From NCBI GenBank assembly GCA_014728035.1, contig WJMJ01000148.1:32001-96000 (forward strand): 64,000 nucleotides of DNA, given 5' to 3'. The notes under the pieces are model-generated. The model did no database searches and was not told the DNA's origin. It worked only from the letters and a program-made list of their open reading frames with translations. The position numbers and the translations under genes were made by a program. Shown piece by piece: positions 38,846 through 47,716 of the stretch. This DNA is from Promethearchaeota archaeon. GTDB taxonomy: Archaea > Asgardarchaeota > Thorarchaeia > Thorarchaeales > Thorarchaeaceae. The stretch's first letter is position 1; every line of letters starts with the position of its first letter.

Positions 38846-39880
38846 TCATGATGTGTACTTCTGAACAAAGGAATCTATTTCAGATATTGAAATACCTGTT
38901 CGCTCCTCAATAATTTCTTGAATCTTACAAACAAGTCCAATCTGTTCCAACATCAAACTTCTTGTCGATTCTAACATTCCCATCTCTTCTGGACTTGATT
39001 CAAGAGAAATGAAGATATCTGAAAGTCTTCGAAGACATGCATTAATCACGAAATAATCAAAATTAGCAATTGTTTTTCGTGAAACTAATTTATAGTCATT
39101 TAGAATATTGTCAGACAATTCTTCACCTGCATATAGTTCAGTGAGAAGGGCGGTCCAAGCTAAATCATGTCTGAAATCTCCAATCGAAGCTGCAGTCCAA
39201 TCGATAACGTATGGATTCTCGTCAGCATCAAGGAGAATGTTATTTGGATGGAAATCACGATGCAAGAGAGATATCTCAGTCATTTCAATTTCTTTAACAG
39301 TTTCCTCTAACCATTCAACTAGTGGAATTAAGAATGACACATTGCTATTTTGTAAATCACTCTTTTTCTCTTCAAGTCGGTCTAGTTCAAATTGTAGAGG
39401 AGAAATTGTCTTGTATTCTTCAGGAATCATCGAGAAGGTTTTGTAATCCAATTCATGAAGTTGCACAAAACATCTGGTGAAAATCATCAGCGCATCCTCG
39501 TTAGTCAAAGGATTTCCACATGAAAACTTATCCCATAGAGTAGGACCAATAATGCGTTCCATAACGATGAATGGCCCACCAAAAATTTCCGTATCTGGTT
39601 CAAAGAAGAAAACTTTTGGAACAGGATATCTATCCCTAAATTCATTCAAAACAGAATACTCAAACTCTCCTTTCCTTCTCGCTTCTGCACCTGCATAAAC
39701 TCTTGCAATAAGATGCAAATCCTTAGTGGATTCGTGCTGGTCGTATTCAACATCAAATGAATAAATCCTGGTTTCCCAACCAGAAGTGATTTCATCAACA
39801 TTGTCTACTACTATTGATCTCCATTCTGGATATCGTTTCTGAAGAAAATGTTGAATTGCTTGCGGTCTCATCTTGGTCAT
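38846..39880 (-). CDS. APH-family phosphotransferase
   Basis: PVPKV, FIVMERIIG, LLHRDFHPNNIL, VIDWTAASIGD. Confidence 0.9.
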   Translation of the reverse strand: MTKMRPQAIQHFLQKRYPEWRSIVVDNVDEITSGWETRIYSFDVEYDQHESTKDLHLIARVYAGAEARRKGEFEYSVLNEFRDRYPVPKVFFFEPDTEIFGGPFIVMERIIGPTLWDKFSCGNPLTNEDALMIFTRCFVQLHELDYKTFSMIPEEYKTISPLQFELDRLEEKKSDLQNSNVSFLIPLVEWLEETVKEIEMTEISLLHRDFHPNNILLDADENPYVIDWTAASIGDFRHDLAWTALLTELYAGEELSDNILNDYKLVSRKTIANFDYFVINACLRRLSDIFISLESSPEEMGMLESTRSLMLEQIGLVCKIQEIIEERTGISISEIDSFVQKYTS

Positions 39881-40013
39881 TATGTCTTGATAATTTATAA
39901 TTCATTGGAAACATATCTGTTAGTAACTAAACTCGAAAAGCAAAGTTCTAAACGAAGAAATTTCTATATTATCTGTGACTCGTTAGAATTAGTCAGAATG
40001 GAAACTTGGTAAT

Positions 40014-40487
40014 ATGCCTGATGAAAAAATTGTTCCCTCAGAAGATGAACTGAAGGAGAAAGTAGAGCATGCAGGAGAAGAGATTAGAACTAATACTCAG
40101 AAAGTGATTGATGAGCTTGTTGCGATACATGAAGAAATGGAATCATTCACATCTGAGAGTCGAGAATCCATAGATGATATCACTTCATCCATAGTTAGAG
40201 ACCTCTCCAAAGAAATTGATGAGATGAAGATATGGTTTGACAAGATTAGAGATGAAGATTTCGAAGAGGAGGGTACAACCAAAGAATTTGAGAAGAAAAC
40301 AAAGAGTATCCAAGAGAAATTGAAACAACTCTTTACTGATGAAGAACCTGAACCAAGCAAATCGGAAGAAGTCAAGGATAAACTGAAAGGGCTTATTGGA
40401 AAAGATGAACCTGACAGAAGTGAGTTGGAAACCCTTCAGTATAAGTTGAAAAAGAGAATAGATGATTGGATTGATTTGACATCTTGA
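40014..40487 (+). CDS. acidic coiled-coil hypothetical protein
   Basis: E/K-rich heptad pattern; ATG with an upstream TATA-like element. Confidence 0.65.
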   Translation: MPDEKIVPSEDELKEKVEHAGEEIRTNTQKVIDELVAIHEEMESFTSESRESIDDITSSIVRDLSKEIDEMKIWFDKIRDEDFEEEGTTKEFEKKTKSIQEKLKQLFTDEEPEPSKSEEVKDKLKGLIGKDEPDRSELETLQYKLKKRIDDWIDLTS

Positions 40488-40909
40488 TTCAAAATAATTC
40501 ATCTTCGTTTATGTAAAAATCAAATTGTACACCGTTTGATATTTAATTAGTGTTGAAATCAGTGAGTGCCCAAGTTATTTTTTTAGCTATTCATCATATG
40601 TTATCAAATACCTCGTGGTCTCTGCTGAGGCTGACGGTGCGGATCCTATAGCGGACTTCCGCATCCATGACCTGGGCATCGAGATCGACCTTGATGCTAT
40701 TGACCTTGCAACCCAGCAGCAGGAAGTAGTTGATAATGATGGGACTTCAAAAGAAATTGAAAATGATTCATTTGTTGCTCAATAATTATTTCTAGCAAAA
40801 AGGTTCAATTCCGTTATTCATTGCAATATGGCTCTTTAGTTTGTAGTACTAGCGTTATTATCATGTATGGAATCGAAGCAATTATACAAGTTCTATTTGT
40901 CAGATTTGT

Positions 40910-41671
40910 GTGGCCGATTACGTGATAGAAGCAATCTTCTTTGATGATGGAGGTGTTCTCAATGATAACACACTCCGAACCCCTCAATGGAGAAAACTCA
41001 TCGCAGATTATTTTATCCCCAGATATGGAGGTTCTGTTGAGAGCTGGGCAGAAGCGAACAAACAAGCCGCTGAGGAAATCCTGAAGAGAATGGAAGAAGT
41101 CTATGAGAGTGGTTCTTCTACAATCCCACCCGATTATCACGAAATTGATGATAGAGAATGGCTCGCAGTCATGTTCGATTATCATGAGTTGGAACCCCCC
41201 GAGGATACATCAGCTGAAGCCAGAGCAGCAATAGAATGGATTACAGCTAGAGTGAAGGCGTCATATCCTGGTATTATTCAGGTCATAAATGAATTAGCAC
41301 CGGAGTATACACTGTATACCGCTTCCAATGAGCCAAGATATCGATTAGAGCATTATCTCAGAGGTATGGGGATACTCGAACATTTTGAAGAGTTATTCGG
41401 ATCAGATATTTTACACGCTTTCAAGAATACGACATATTATTTTGAGAAGATTGTGGAGATTACTGATGTGGACCCTGAAACGTCAATCTTCATAGATGAT
41501 AGATTCGATAATCTACTAAAAGCGAGGAATGTAGGATTTCATGTCATTCATTCGGGACTAGCAGGTGACGAAAAAGGAGAATTTCCCTATTTTAGGGAGA
41601 CTTTAGAATTACCGCAGCTTATTCGTTCTCTTGAAGCAAATGATTCCCGCTCCAGATATCGTGAAAATTAG
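40910..41671 (+). CDS. HAD-superfamily hydrolase
   Basis: Motif I AIFFDDGGVL, motif II TASN, motif IV IFIDD. Confidence 0.88.
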   Translation: MADYVIEAIFFDDGGVLNDNTLRTPQWRKLIADYFIPRYGGSVESWAEANKQAAEEILKRMEEVYESGSSTIPPDYHEIDDREWLAVMFDYHELEPPEDTSAEARAAIEWITARVKASYPGIIQVINELAPEYTLYTASNEPRYRLEHYLRGMGILEHFEELFGSDILHAFKNTTYYFEKIVEITDVDPETSIFIDDRFDNLLKARNVGFHVIHSGLAGDEKGEFPYFRETLELPQLIRSLEANDSRSRYREN

Positions 41672-41743
41672 AGATATCCGTTGATGAGCATGATATACAA
41701 CTGAGAAGATATCGAATCAGTCTGGGGAACTCGAGAATCGTAG
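41668..41743 (+). pseudogene. frameshifted remnant of a VapB antitoxin 3' end
   Basis: LEISVDEHDIQLR/(shift)/DIESVWGTRES* versus IEMSDKERDELLKDIESVWGTWDN* of the intact antitoxin. Confidence 0.7.
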
Positions 41744-41804
41744 AGATTCTAGAAATCAAAAAAGGTCACTCTCAAAAGAAAGTGAGGAGTACATCTACAA
41801 TATT

Positions 41805-41945
41805 ATGAGGCATAGAAATGAATTAGAAAATATCCCCAGATCAAGAATATTATACAGAATTGGTTTGATAACAAGTCTATCCTCTGTTGTGATTTGGGGC
41901 TGTATAATTTTCATCCTTTATTTCACATTTCAAGGTAACTGGTAA
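41805..41945 (+). CDS. possible 46-aa single-TM small protein
   Basis: MRHRNELENIPRSRILYRIGLITSLSSVVIWGCIIFILYFTFQGNW; below the ORF-track cutoff. Confidence 0.35.
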   Translation: MRHRNELENIPRSRILYRIGLITSLSSVVIWGCIIFILYFTFQGNW

Positions 41946-42070
41946 TATTGCCAAAATAGTGTTCCAAACGGAATCAATTTCGTTCCATTCTACAGTGAAA
42001 GGGATTCAAAAGGAAGATACCTTAACAGAAAAATCGGGTTTTGTAATCTTTCACTATTTTCAGGATTGAA

Positions 42071-42268
42071 ATGAGAAAAAGAAAAGTATCACTAGGTCAA
42101 GAAACAGATTCAAGGCAATAGTATGCTAACAGTTCTGGTGAAACTCTTCGTAATATCGTACTAAGATTATTTAGGTCTAATTATAATCTATTAGATTTTT
42201 TCGAAGCACTCAAGATGTTAGACGAAGAAAGAGATGGATTTCTCATAGATATTGAATTCCTTTCGTAA
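42071..42268 (+). pseudogene. decayed VapB antitoxin copy with an internal stop
   Basis: MRKRKVSLGQETDSRQ*YANSSGETLRNIVLRLFRSNYNLLDFFEALKMLDEERDGFLIDIE aligns without gaps to MVYKNISLSEDAYARLKAAKRDDESFSEVVLRLLGSNDDLSDLFGVIEMSDKERDELLKDIE. Confidence 0.78.
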
Positions 42269-42294
42269 TCTGTGACATCACCAGTTAGCTAGAA

Positions 42295-42372
42295 CTATTT
42301 CATCTCAGTGATAAGACTCTGCACCGTTCCTTGGATCATCGTAACTAGCATGAACTTCGCATTAGTAACTCT
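42295..42372 (-). repeat. diverged duplicate of the last 26 codons of the isoaspartyl peptidase gene (43079-43156)
   Basis: 59/78 nt identical by hand alignment; RVTNAKFMLVTMIQGTVQSLITEMK* versus RATNAKAMPVTIIQGTVQSLVTEIK*. Confidence 0.88.
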
Positions 42373-42449
42373 AATTACTTCACTTTCGATTCATACCAGT
42401 AATTGCACTAAAGTTTATCTTGGAATCCGAGTATGCATTCACGATAGAA

Positions 42450-42662
42450 ATGGTATACAAAAACATCTCACTCAGTGAAGATGCCTATGCAAGATTGAAG
42501 GCTGCAAAGAGAGATGATGAATCATTCAGTGAGGTTGTGCTACGACTACTTGGATCGAATGATGATCTATCAGACCTCTTTGGTGTGATTGAGATGTCCG
42601 ATAAAGAACGAGATGAGCTCCTCAAGGATATTGAGTCTGTATGGGGGACTTGGGATAATTGA
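42450..42662 (+). CDS. vapB: VapB-type antitoxin (archaeal DUF217-like)
   Basis: KNISLSEDAYARLKAAKRDDESFSEVVLRL signature; overlaps the PIN gene by 4 bp. Confidence 0.88.
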   Translation: MVYKNISLSEDAYARLKAAKRDDESFSEVVLRLLGSNDDLSDLFGVIEMSDKERDELLKDIESVWGTWDN

Positions 42663-43066
42663 CGAGTATTTGTTTCGATACAGCATTTCTCATAGACTTT
42701 TTGAGAGGGAATAAACAAGCATACTCTTACTATATGAAAACAAGAGGAAAAAGTGTTGTTTTCGCAACAACTTCCATCAATATATTTGAATTATTCAGAG
42801 GAATCGAAAAGCGAGGTAGGAAATCTCAAGACGAGCAAGCAGCTAGAAAATTACTCTCAAGATTGATAATCTGGAATCTCGATTACGACTCAGCAGAATA
42901 TGCTAGTACTATCTTTACTAAACTCGAACGAAAAGGAACACCTATCCCCATCAATGATTGCTTTATGGCAGCAATCGCAGTGAGAAATGGATGTACACAG
43001 ATAGTATCCGAAGATAGGCATTTCGAAAGAATAGAACAGATTACTATGGAAAAATACTTGGAATAA
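42659..43066 (+). CDS. vapC: VapC PIN-domain toxin
   Basis: CFDTAFLIDFLRG, SINIFEL, PINDCFMAAIA, VSEDRHF. Confidence 0.92.
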   Translation: MTSICFDTAFLIDFLRGNKQAYSYYMKTRGKSVVFATTSINIFELFRGIEKRGRKSQDEQAARKLLSRLIIWNLDYDSAEYASTIFTKLERKGTPIPINDCFMAAIAVRNGCTQIVSEDRHFERIEQITMEKYLE

Positions 43067-43078
43067 AATGGTAGTTAT

Positions 43079-43957
43079 CTACTTTATCTCGGTGACAAGA
43101 CTCTGTACCGTTCCTTGAATGATAGTGACAGGCATGGCTTTTGCATTGGTAGCACGACCATGATTTCCCTTTGAATCAATCATAATAATCCCAGCCTCGC
43201 TTCCGGTCTTCTCCTCAAACATTTTCATGCTCTTATCTGCAGCTGCTTGCACATCAAGACCTTGCTCAACATATAGCACTGCGGTTCGACTCATAACAAC
43301 ACGCATGATGTGTTCGCCATACCCAGTAGCACTAGCACCACAGAGCTCGTTCGCATAAGCACCAGCTCCAAAAACAGGTGAATCACCAACTCTACCTGGA
43401 GTCTTCTTTGGAATGCCACCAGTTGAAGATGTACAGGCTATCCTTCCTTTTTCGTCTACAACAACACAACCAACTGTGTCAGCGGTCTCAATGTCATAAC
43501 TGTCAACGTGTACTGGAGGGTCTAGAGACCGTTTATACCGCCTCTCTCGATAGCCCTCAGCTAGCATTCGTTCAAAGAGTACACGTGCGTTTTGCCCAGC
43601 AAAGAAATTGTAATCTGTTTTCTCCATGATGTATCTTGCTAGACTGATGGGATTCTCAACCCCCGCAACTGCAGCCACTGAGCCAAACTGTAATTTCTCA
43701 CCATCTATTATCATGGCATCCAATTCGTGATATCCATCTTTATTCCAACGGCCACCTTTGCCAGCATTAAGTTCACCACAGCTCTCCATATACATCGTAC
43801 ATACTTCAGCTGCATCAAGAGCAGAACCGCCTTTCTCAAGAACCTCAAATCCACATTTAGCAGCTATCTCAACATGCTTCATGCCAATTGGGATACGCTC
43901 ATCTTTCCATTTTCCTGCTCCACCATGAACCATAATTACTGGAAGTTGTTCACTCAC
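43079..43957 (-). CDS. isoaspartyl peptidase / L-asparaginase (Ntn, Asparaginase_2)
   Basis: MVHGGAG, ELDAMIIDG, D-TVGCV nucleophile, STGG, GRVGDSP, TGYGE. Confidence 0.93.
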   Translation of the reverse strand: MSEQLPVIMVHGGAGKWKDERIPIGMKHVEIAAKCGFEVLEKGGSALDAAEVCTMYMESCGELNAGKGGRWNKDGYHELDAMIIDGEKLQFGSVAAVAGVENPISLARYIMEKTDYNFFAGQNARVLFERMLAEGYRERRYKRSLDPPVHVDSYDIETADTVGCVVVDEKGRIACTSSTGGIPKKTPGRVGDSPVFGAGAYANELCGASATGYGEHIMRVVMSRTAVLYVEQGLDVQAAADKSMKMFEEKTGSEAGIIMIDSKGNHGRATNAKAMPVTIIQGTVQSLVTEIK

Positions 43958-44118
43958 CGGATTACCTCGTTTTGAAGAAAATACAACCTGTTCTTATTAG
44001 TTACCATTTCAAGCAAAATAGTAAAAGATTTCATAATACCGAAAATCGATTTCTAAGGTTTGATAACCCCTTACGACACCCTGAAACTTATATACACACT
44101 TTCGAAACAGATAGTAGG

Positions 44119-44202
44119 AACGTCCACAAAGAATGATACTATTGTTTTTTGCAGGCGCAACAGGTCAATTAGCTAGAGGCCACCCTGCCCCAGTTGGACG
44201 TT
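44119..44202 (+). promoter_or_regulatory. candidate structured 5' leader of ssb
   Basis: AACGTCCA/TGGACGTT closing stem with two internal arms, between the TATA (TTATATAC near 44088) and the ATG at 44227. Confidence 0.45.
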
Positions 44203-44226
44203 TATGTAGCTTTAGCGTGATTTAGC

Positions 44227-44709
44227 ATGAGTGAAGATACCGAAAGCAGAGAAGTAAATGTTGAAGATTTAGAGCCCAAGATGCGATCCATTTCAATCGA
44301 ATTCAAGGTGATTGATAAGGGCGAACCAAGATTTGTAAAATCTAAGTACGATGGCGAGAGCCATAGAGTTCTTGATGCTATTGTTGGCGATGAGACTGGT
44401 ATTGTTACAATGCCTCTCTGGGATGATAGCATTGAAGAGATGGAGATAGGAAAGACCTATCGCTTAGAGAACGGATTTACAGGCTTGTATAGAAAACAAC
44501 TCCGCCTAAAAATAGGACGCCACAGTGAAGTAAGTACATTGGAAAATGGTGGCGAAATTGATGAAGTAAATCGAGAAACCGATATGTCTGAACAGACTCA
44601 CGGTAGAAAACGTCGTGATTACGGAGGCGGCTATGATATGCGACGAGGCAAATCCCGTGACTCCGACAAACGCGACAAGACTGGATTTCAAGGTTACGGA
44701 TTTAGATAA
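44227..44709 (+). CDS. ssb: single-OB-fold single-stranded DNA-binding protein with R/G/D-rich tail
   Basis: VLDAIVGDETGIVTMPLWD, IGKTYRLENGFTGLYR..LRLKIGR: crenarchaeal/Thermoplasma-type SSB. Confidence 0.85.
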   Translation: MSEDTESREVNVEDLEPKMRSISIEFKVIDKGEPRFVKSKYDGESHRVLDAIVGDETGIVTMPLWDDSIEEMEIGKTYRLENGFTGLYRKQLRLKIGRHSEVSTLENGGEIDEVNRETDMSEQTHGRKRRDYGGGYDMRRGKSRDSDKRDKTGFQGYGFR

Positions 44710-44719
44710 TTTCAATTCC

Positions 44720-44757
44720 GAAAGGGCACTATGCCCTTTCTCACCCCTTTCTTTTTT
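44720..44757 (+). terminator. hairpin plus T-tract terminator of ssb
   Basis: GAAAGGGCA-CTA-TGCCCTTTC followed by a pyrimidine/T tract. Confidence 0.7.
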
Positions 44758-44919
44758 CAAAAAAAAGTTGAACTAACTGGTAATTACAAGTTCGTTCAAT
44801 AAATCATAATATTGCAACTAATAATTCCACCATGATGAATCTGTAGATATTGGAACAAATAATCTAATAACACCAAAGAATTTTCTATGAAAGTATCTAA
44901 TAAGATTCGGTGATGTATT

Positions 44920-47025
44920 TTGAATCAGAAAAGTGCCGCCATAGTAATTGTAATTCTCATCTGTTCTGCTGGATTAAGTATATTCATACTTACAGGTGTA
45001 TTTCAGCCAAAAACCCATCAAGAATCACCATATGTTGGTGACGTGGTAATCCAAGAGGTTTCACCATTTGACCTCGGAGATGGAGAGTTCATTGAACTAC
45101 AATTTCGAACTAATACTACACATATCTTAGAGGGATGGTCGATAACAGATTATGATAGAGAACCTCATCTTCTTCCTCAACTCACTGGATGGAGTTATCT
45201 CGCTATTGTCACCATTTTTTCTGGAGAAGGTTCATCTGATCTCAATGCCACCGATGGACGAGCTACAATCTATCTCAATTTAACTGGTGGCATTCTTGAT
45301 GATGGCGGAGATGAGGTAGGACTGCTGGATAATTCTACTCGAATTGTAGACTTTATCCGATACACTGGTGGAAACTCTGATATTGTTGAACTTACTTGGC
45401 CTAGTACTGATAACGGTCCATCACCTGTGGATACGTATGAATCTGCACAGCTATTTGGTCCATCAACTCATTCCTCTGATAATTGGGCGAATGCAAACGA
45501 AACACCAAATGCATTGAATGCCCTTCCATTTACTACACAAGATAACATTGATGTTATTCTAGTCAATGGTGTAGATGATATCTTAGCAGGTGAAATCATT
45601 CAAGCTGCTGGGCCGCATGTGGTCCGTCGTTATCCTGGAGTCAATCTGTCAATTTGCCGTGAGATCCATGAGATGGTTGATTTCACAATACATCTTCTTC
45701 TTGATGAAGGTTACTTTGGACCAGCTCGAGCTTCAGATGGACGCCTCTATGTAGATGTAGCAAAGAGCAATGAAAACGCATCAACAGGGTTTGCTTCAGT
45801 TGATGGGAGAATCAGAATATGGATTGGAGCTATAGCTGATAAAGTTGAATTGAAAGCAACTGTTGAGCATGAAGTTGCTCACATGTTCCAGTTTGCATAT
45901 CGAGAACGCAGCGATAACGACCTCCAGAGACATTATGGATACCCAGCAGATGAAAACAACTGGTGGAATGAAGGATTTGCAGATTACTGGGGTGTCGAAA
46001 GTGCAAAGAGAAACTACAATAAAACGACTGAAGAGGTTCATGCAGCTCGAAGGGCAACAGGAAGTTCTAACTGGTGGGATCATGGTAGAGATACTAATAC
46101 TTCAATATTCTACAACTGGTCTCAAGAATCTGGATGGGATAGATATCAGATTGTGTATCAATTCATGAAGTTTCTCATGGAAGAATACGGAGCTGAGAAT
46201 GTTTCTGCTATCTATCATGGTATCTGGTATGATGGACCGAACTCGATTGATAATGTTGATGCCCGTGAAGCTTTGGAAGAAAAACTTGGGAAGACTATGG
46301 ACCAAATCCTCGCAGAGTTTTACTTATGGAAAATTCTTGATAGAGAAGATGGGGATATTCCTCATTCTCGAATACATTTCAATTTCACAATCTCAGATGA
46401 GCATACTTCAGAATCAGTTGAAGAAACCACATATCCTGGAGGTGCTCTTGTTCAGAGAGTAATTGTGAATGGTTCATATCCAATACACATTCGATTTGGA
46501 GGAGTTGAGAATTGGACAATAACGGGATTCATGAATAACACCGATGAGTCGATAACAAACTTCACAATCAACACAGCAGAAGAGATTGTGGTAAATCCTG
46601 AAGAGGTTCGAGAAATCACAATAATCAAGATTCGTGGAATGAATAGTGAGAATGACACAATCACATTTACCGTTGAACAAGAGAGATCTACTGTGGAGTC
46701 TGCTGAAATGATATCTGGAAACTCGACCGTAAACGGATATCTCCCTTATGGAACACCTGATGGAAGTCAGTGGTTCATGTTATATCTAGAAGCTGGAGGT
46801 GTCTTGAACATCACTATGTATGCTGAAGGGGCAGATGTAGATTTTATTGCAATAATATATCCTGAAGATCAGATGTATGCGTCAGCTGGTGAATTCTTTG
46901 GATATAGTCCTGGAGAGTTCCCCAGGTCGCTTAGTCTGGCTTCCGGAAAGAGTTGCTATTGGTACATACATGTACTTCCTCAAGATACAACGGGATACTA
47001 CACCATGGAGGTAGAGTTTTTCTAG
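44920..47025 (+). CDS. N-anchored extracellular protein: lamin-tail-like domain, gluzincin metallopeptidase, PPC-like domain
   Basis: VVIQEVSP...GEFIEL...LEGWSITD (LTD-like); VEHEVAHMFQ and WWNEGFADY zinc ligands; C-terminal beta domain. Confidence 0.78.
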   Translation: MNQKSAAIVIVILICSAGLSIFILTGVFQPKTHQESPYVGDVVIQEVSPFDLGDGEFIELQFRTNTTHILEGWSITDYDREPHLLPQLTGWSYLAIVTIFSGEGSSDLNATDGRATIYLNLTGGILDDGGDEVGLLDNSTRIVDFIRYTGGNSDIVELTWPSTDNGPSPVDTYESAQLFGPSTHSSDNWANANETPNALNALPFTTQDNIDVILVNGVDDILAGEIIQAAGPHVVRRYPGVNLSICREIHEMVDFTIHLLLDEGYFGPARASDGRLYVDVAKSNENASTGFASVDGRIRIWIGAIADKVELKATVEHEVAHMFQFAYRERSDNDLQRHYGYPADENNWWNEGFADYWGVESAKRNYNKTTEEVHAARRATGSSNWWDHGRDTNTSIFYNWSQESGWDRYQIVYQFMKFLMEEYGAENVSAIYHGIWYDGPNSIDNVDAREALEEKLGKTMDQILAEFYLWKILDREDGDIPHSRIHFNFTISDEHTSESVEETTYPGGALVQRVIVNGSYPIHIRFGGVENWTITGFMNNTDESITNFTINTAEEIVVNPEEVREITIIKIRGMNSENDTITFTVEQERSTVESAEMISGNSTVNGYLPYGTPDGSQWFMLYLEAGGVLNITMYAEGADVDFIAIIYPEDQMYASAGEFFGYSPGEFPRSLSLASGKSCYWYIHVLPQDTTGYYTMEVEFF

Positions 47026-47234
47026 AAGTGACTCTTGATGTAAATACAACATATGATAGTATCAACAACAGTCAAAGCAGCATAAACTCCGATAACTGCA
47101 TCTGTGCTGTGAAATGAGGAATGTACCTAAAACAAAGTTTGTATCCTGTTTAGGTATTGAGAATGAAATTTAGTTTCGTAATGTTGGGATACTATGAACA
47201 TGGTGTGATTCAATATACATGAAATATTGCTACT

Positions 47235-47416
47235 GTTCTATGCTCAATGGACGATATTTGATATCCGAACATTGTCCGTCCAGAAAGGTACTAGAGCTGG
47301 CTTGATTCTGATTGGAGATTCTGTGTCTTTTAGCCAAATCTTCATCCTGTTTGAGTCTCTATAGGATCCATTCATATCTTGTCCCAAAATATCCAGGTTT
47401 TCGACAGCTGTTTACA
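47235..47416 (-). mobile_element. diverged copy C (182 bp) of the element, flanked by AGT direct repeats
   Basis: ACT at 47232-47234 and 47417-47419 on the plus strand; collinear with copy B except a 1-bp deletion. Confidence 0.8.
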
Positions 47417-47513
47417 ACTCATCAGATGGAGCTATACTATAGTGATTGTGGTTAAAAAACTTGAATTACACTCTCAATCAACATAATTAGTATCCAAAAA
47501 AAGAATAGAAACC

Positions 47514-47696
47514 GTTCATTTTTAGTTGGACAAACTTAGACACCCGAGCTTTGTTCGTCCAGAAACGGTACTGGAACTGGCTCGGTCCTGGTCAGGGAAT
47601 GTGTGTCTTTAGACCAAATCTCTATTCCAGATCACTCCATATAAACTCCTATCAGATCTTGTCCAACAATGTCCAAGTTTTCAGTAGCTGATTGCT
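47514..47696 (-). mobile_element. copy B of the 183-bp element, inserted in a terminator, flanked by GGT direct repeats
   Basis: ACC at 47511-47513 and 47697-47699 on the plus strand; removal restores GAGACCCC-TTCG-GGGGTTTC-TATTCTTTTTTT. Confidence 0.88.
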
Positions 47697-47716
47697 ACCC
47701 CCGAAGGGGTCTCAAT

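Noticed and set aside
47041-47231. Possible fifth element copy in tandem (AGCAAT after copy C, GGAGTTTAT inside)
   Set aside because: The rest does not align in register.
47610-47630. Internal GAATAGAGATT of copy B complementary to its own right flank (bridge-RNA-like target guide)
   Set aside because: The equivalent positions in copy A do not match A's flank, so this is probably chance.
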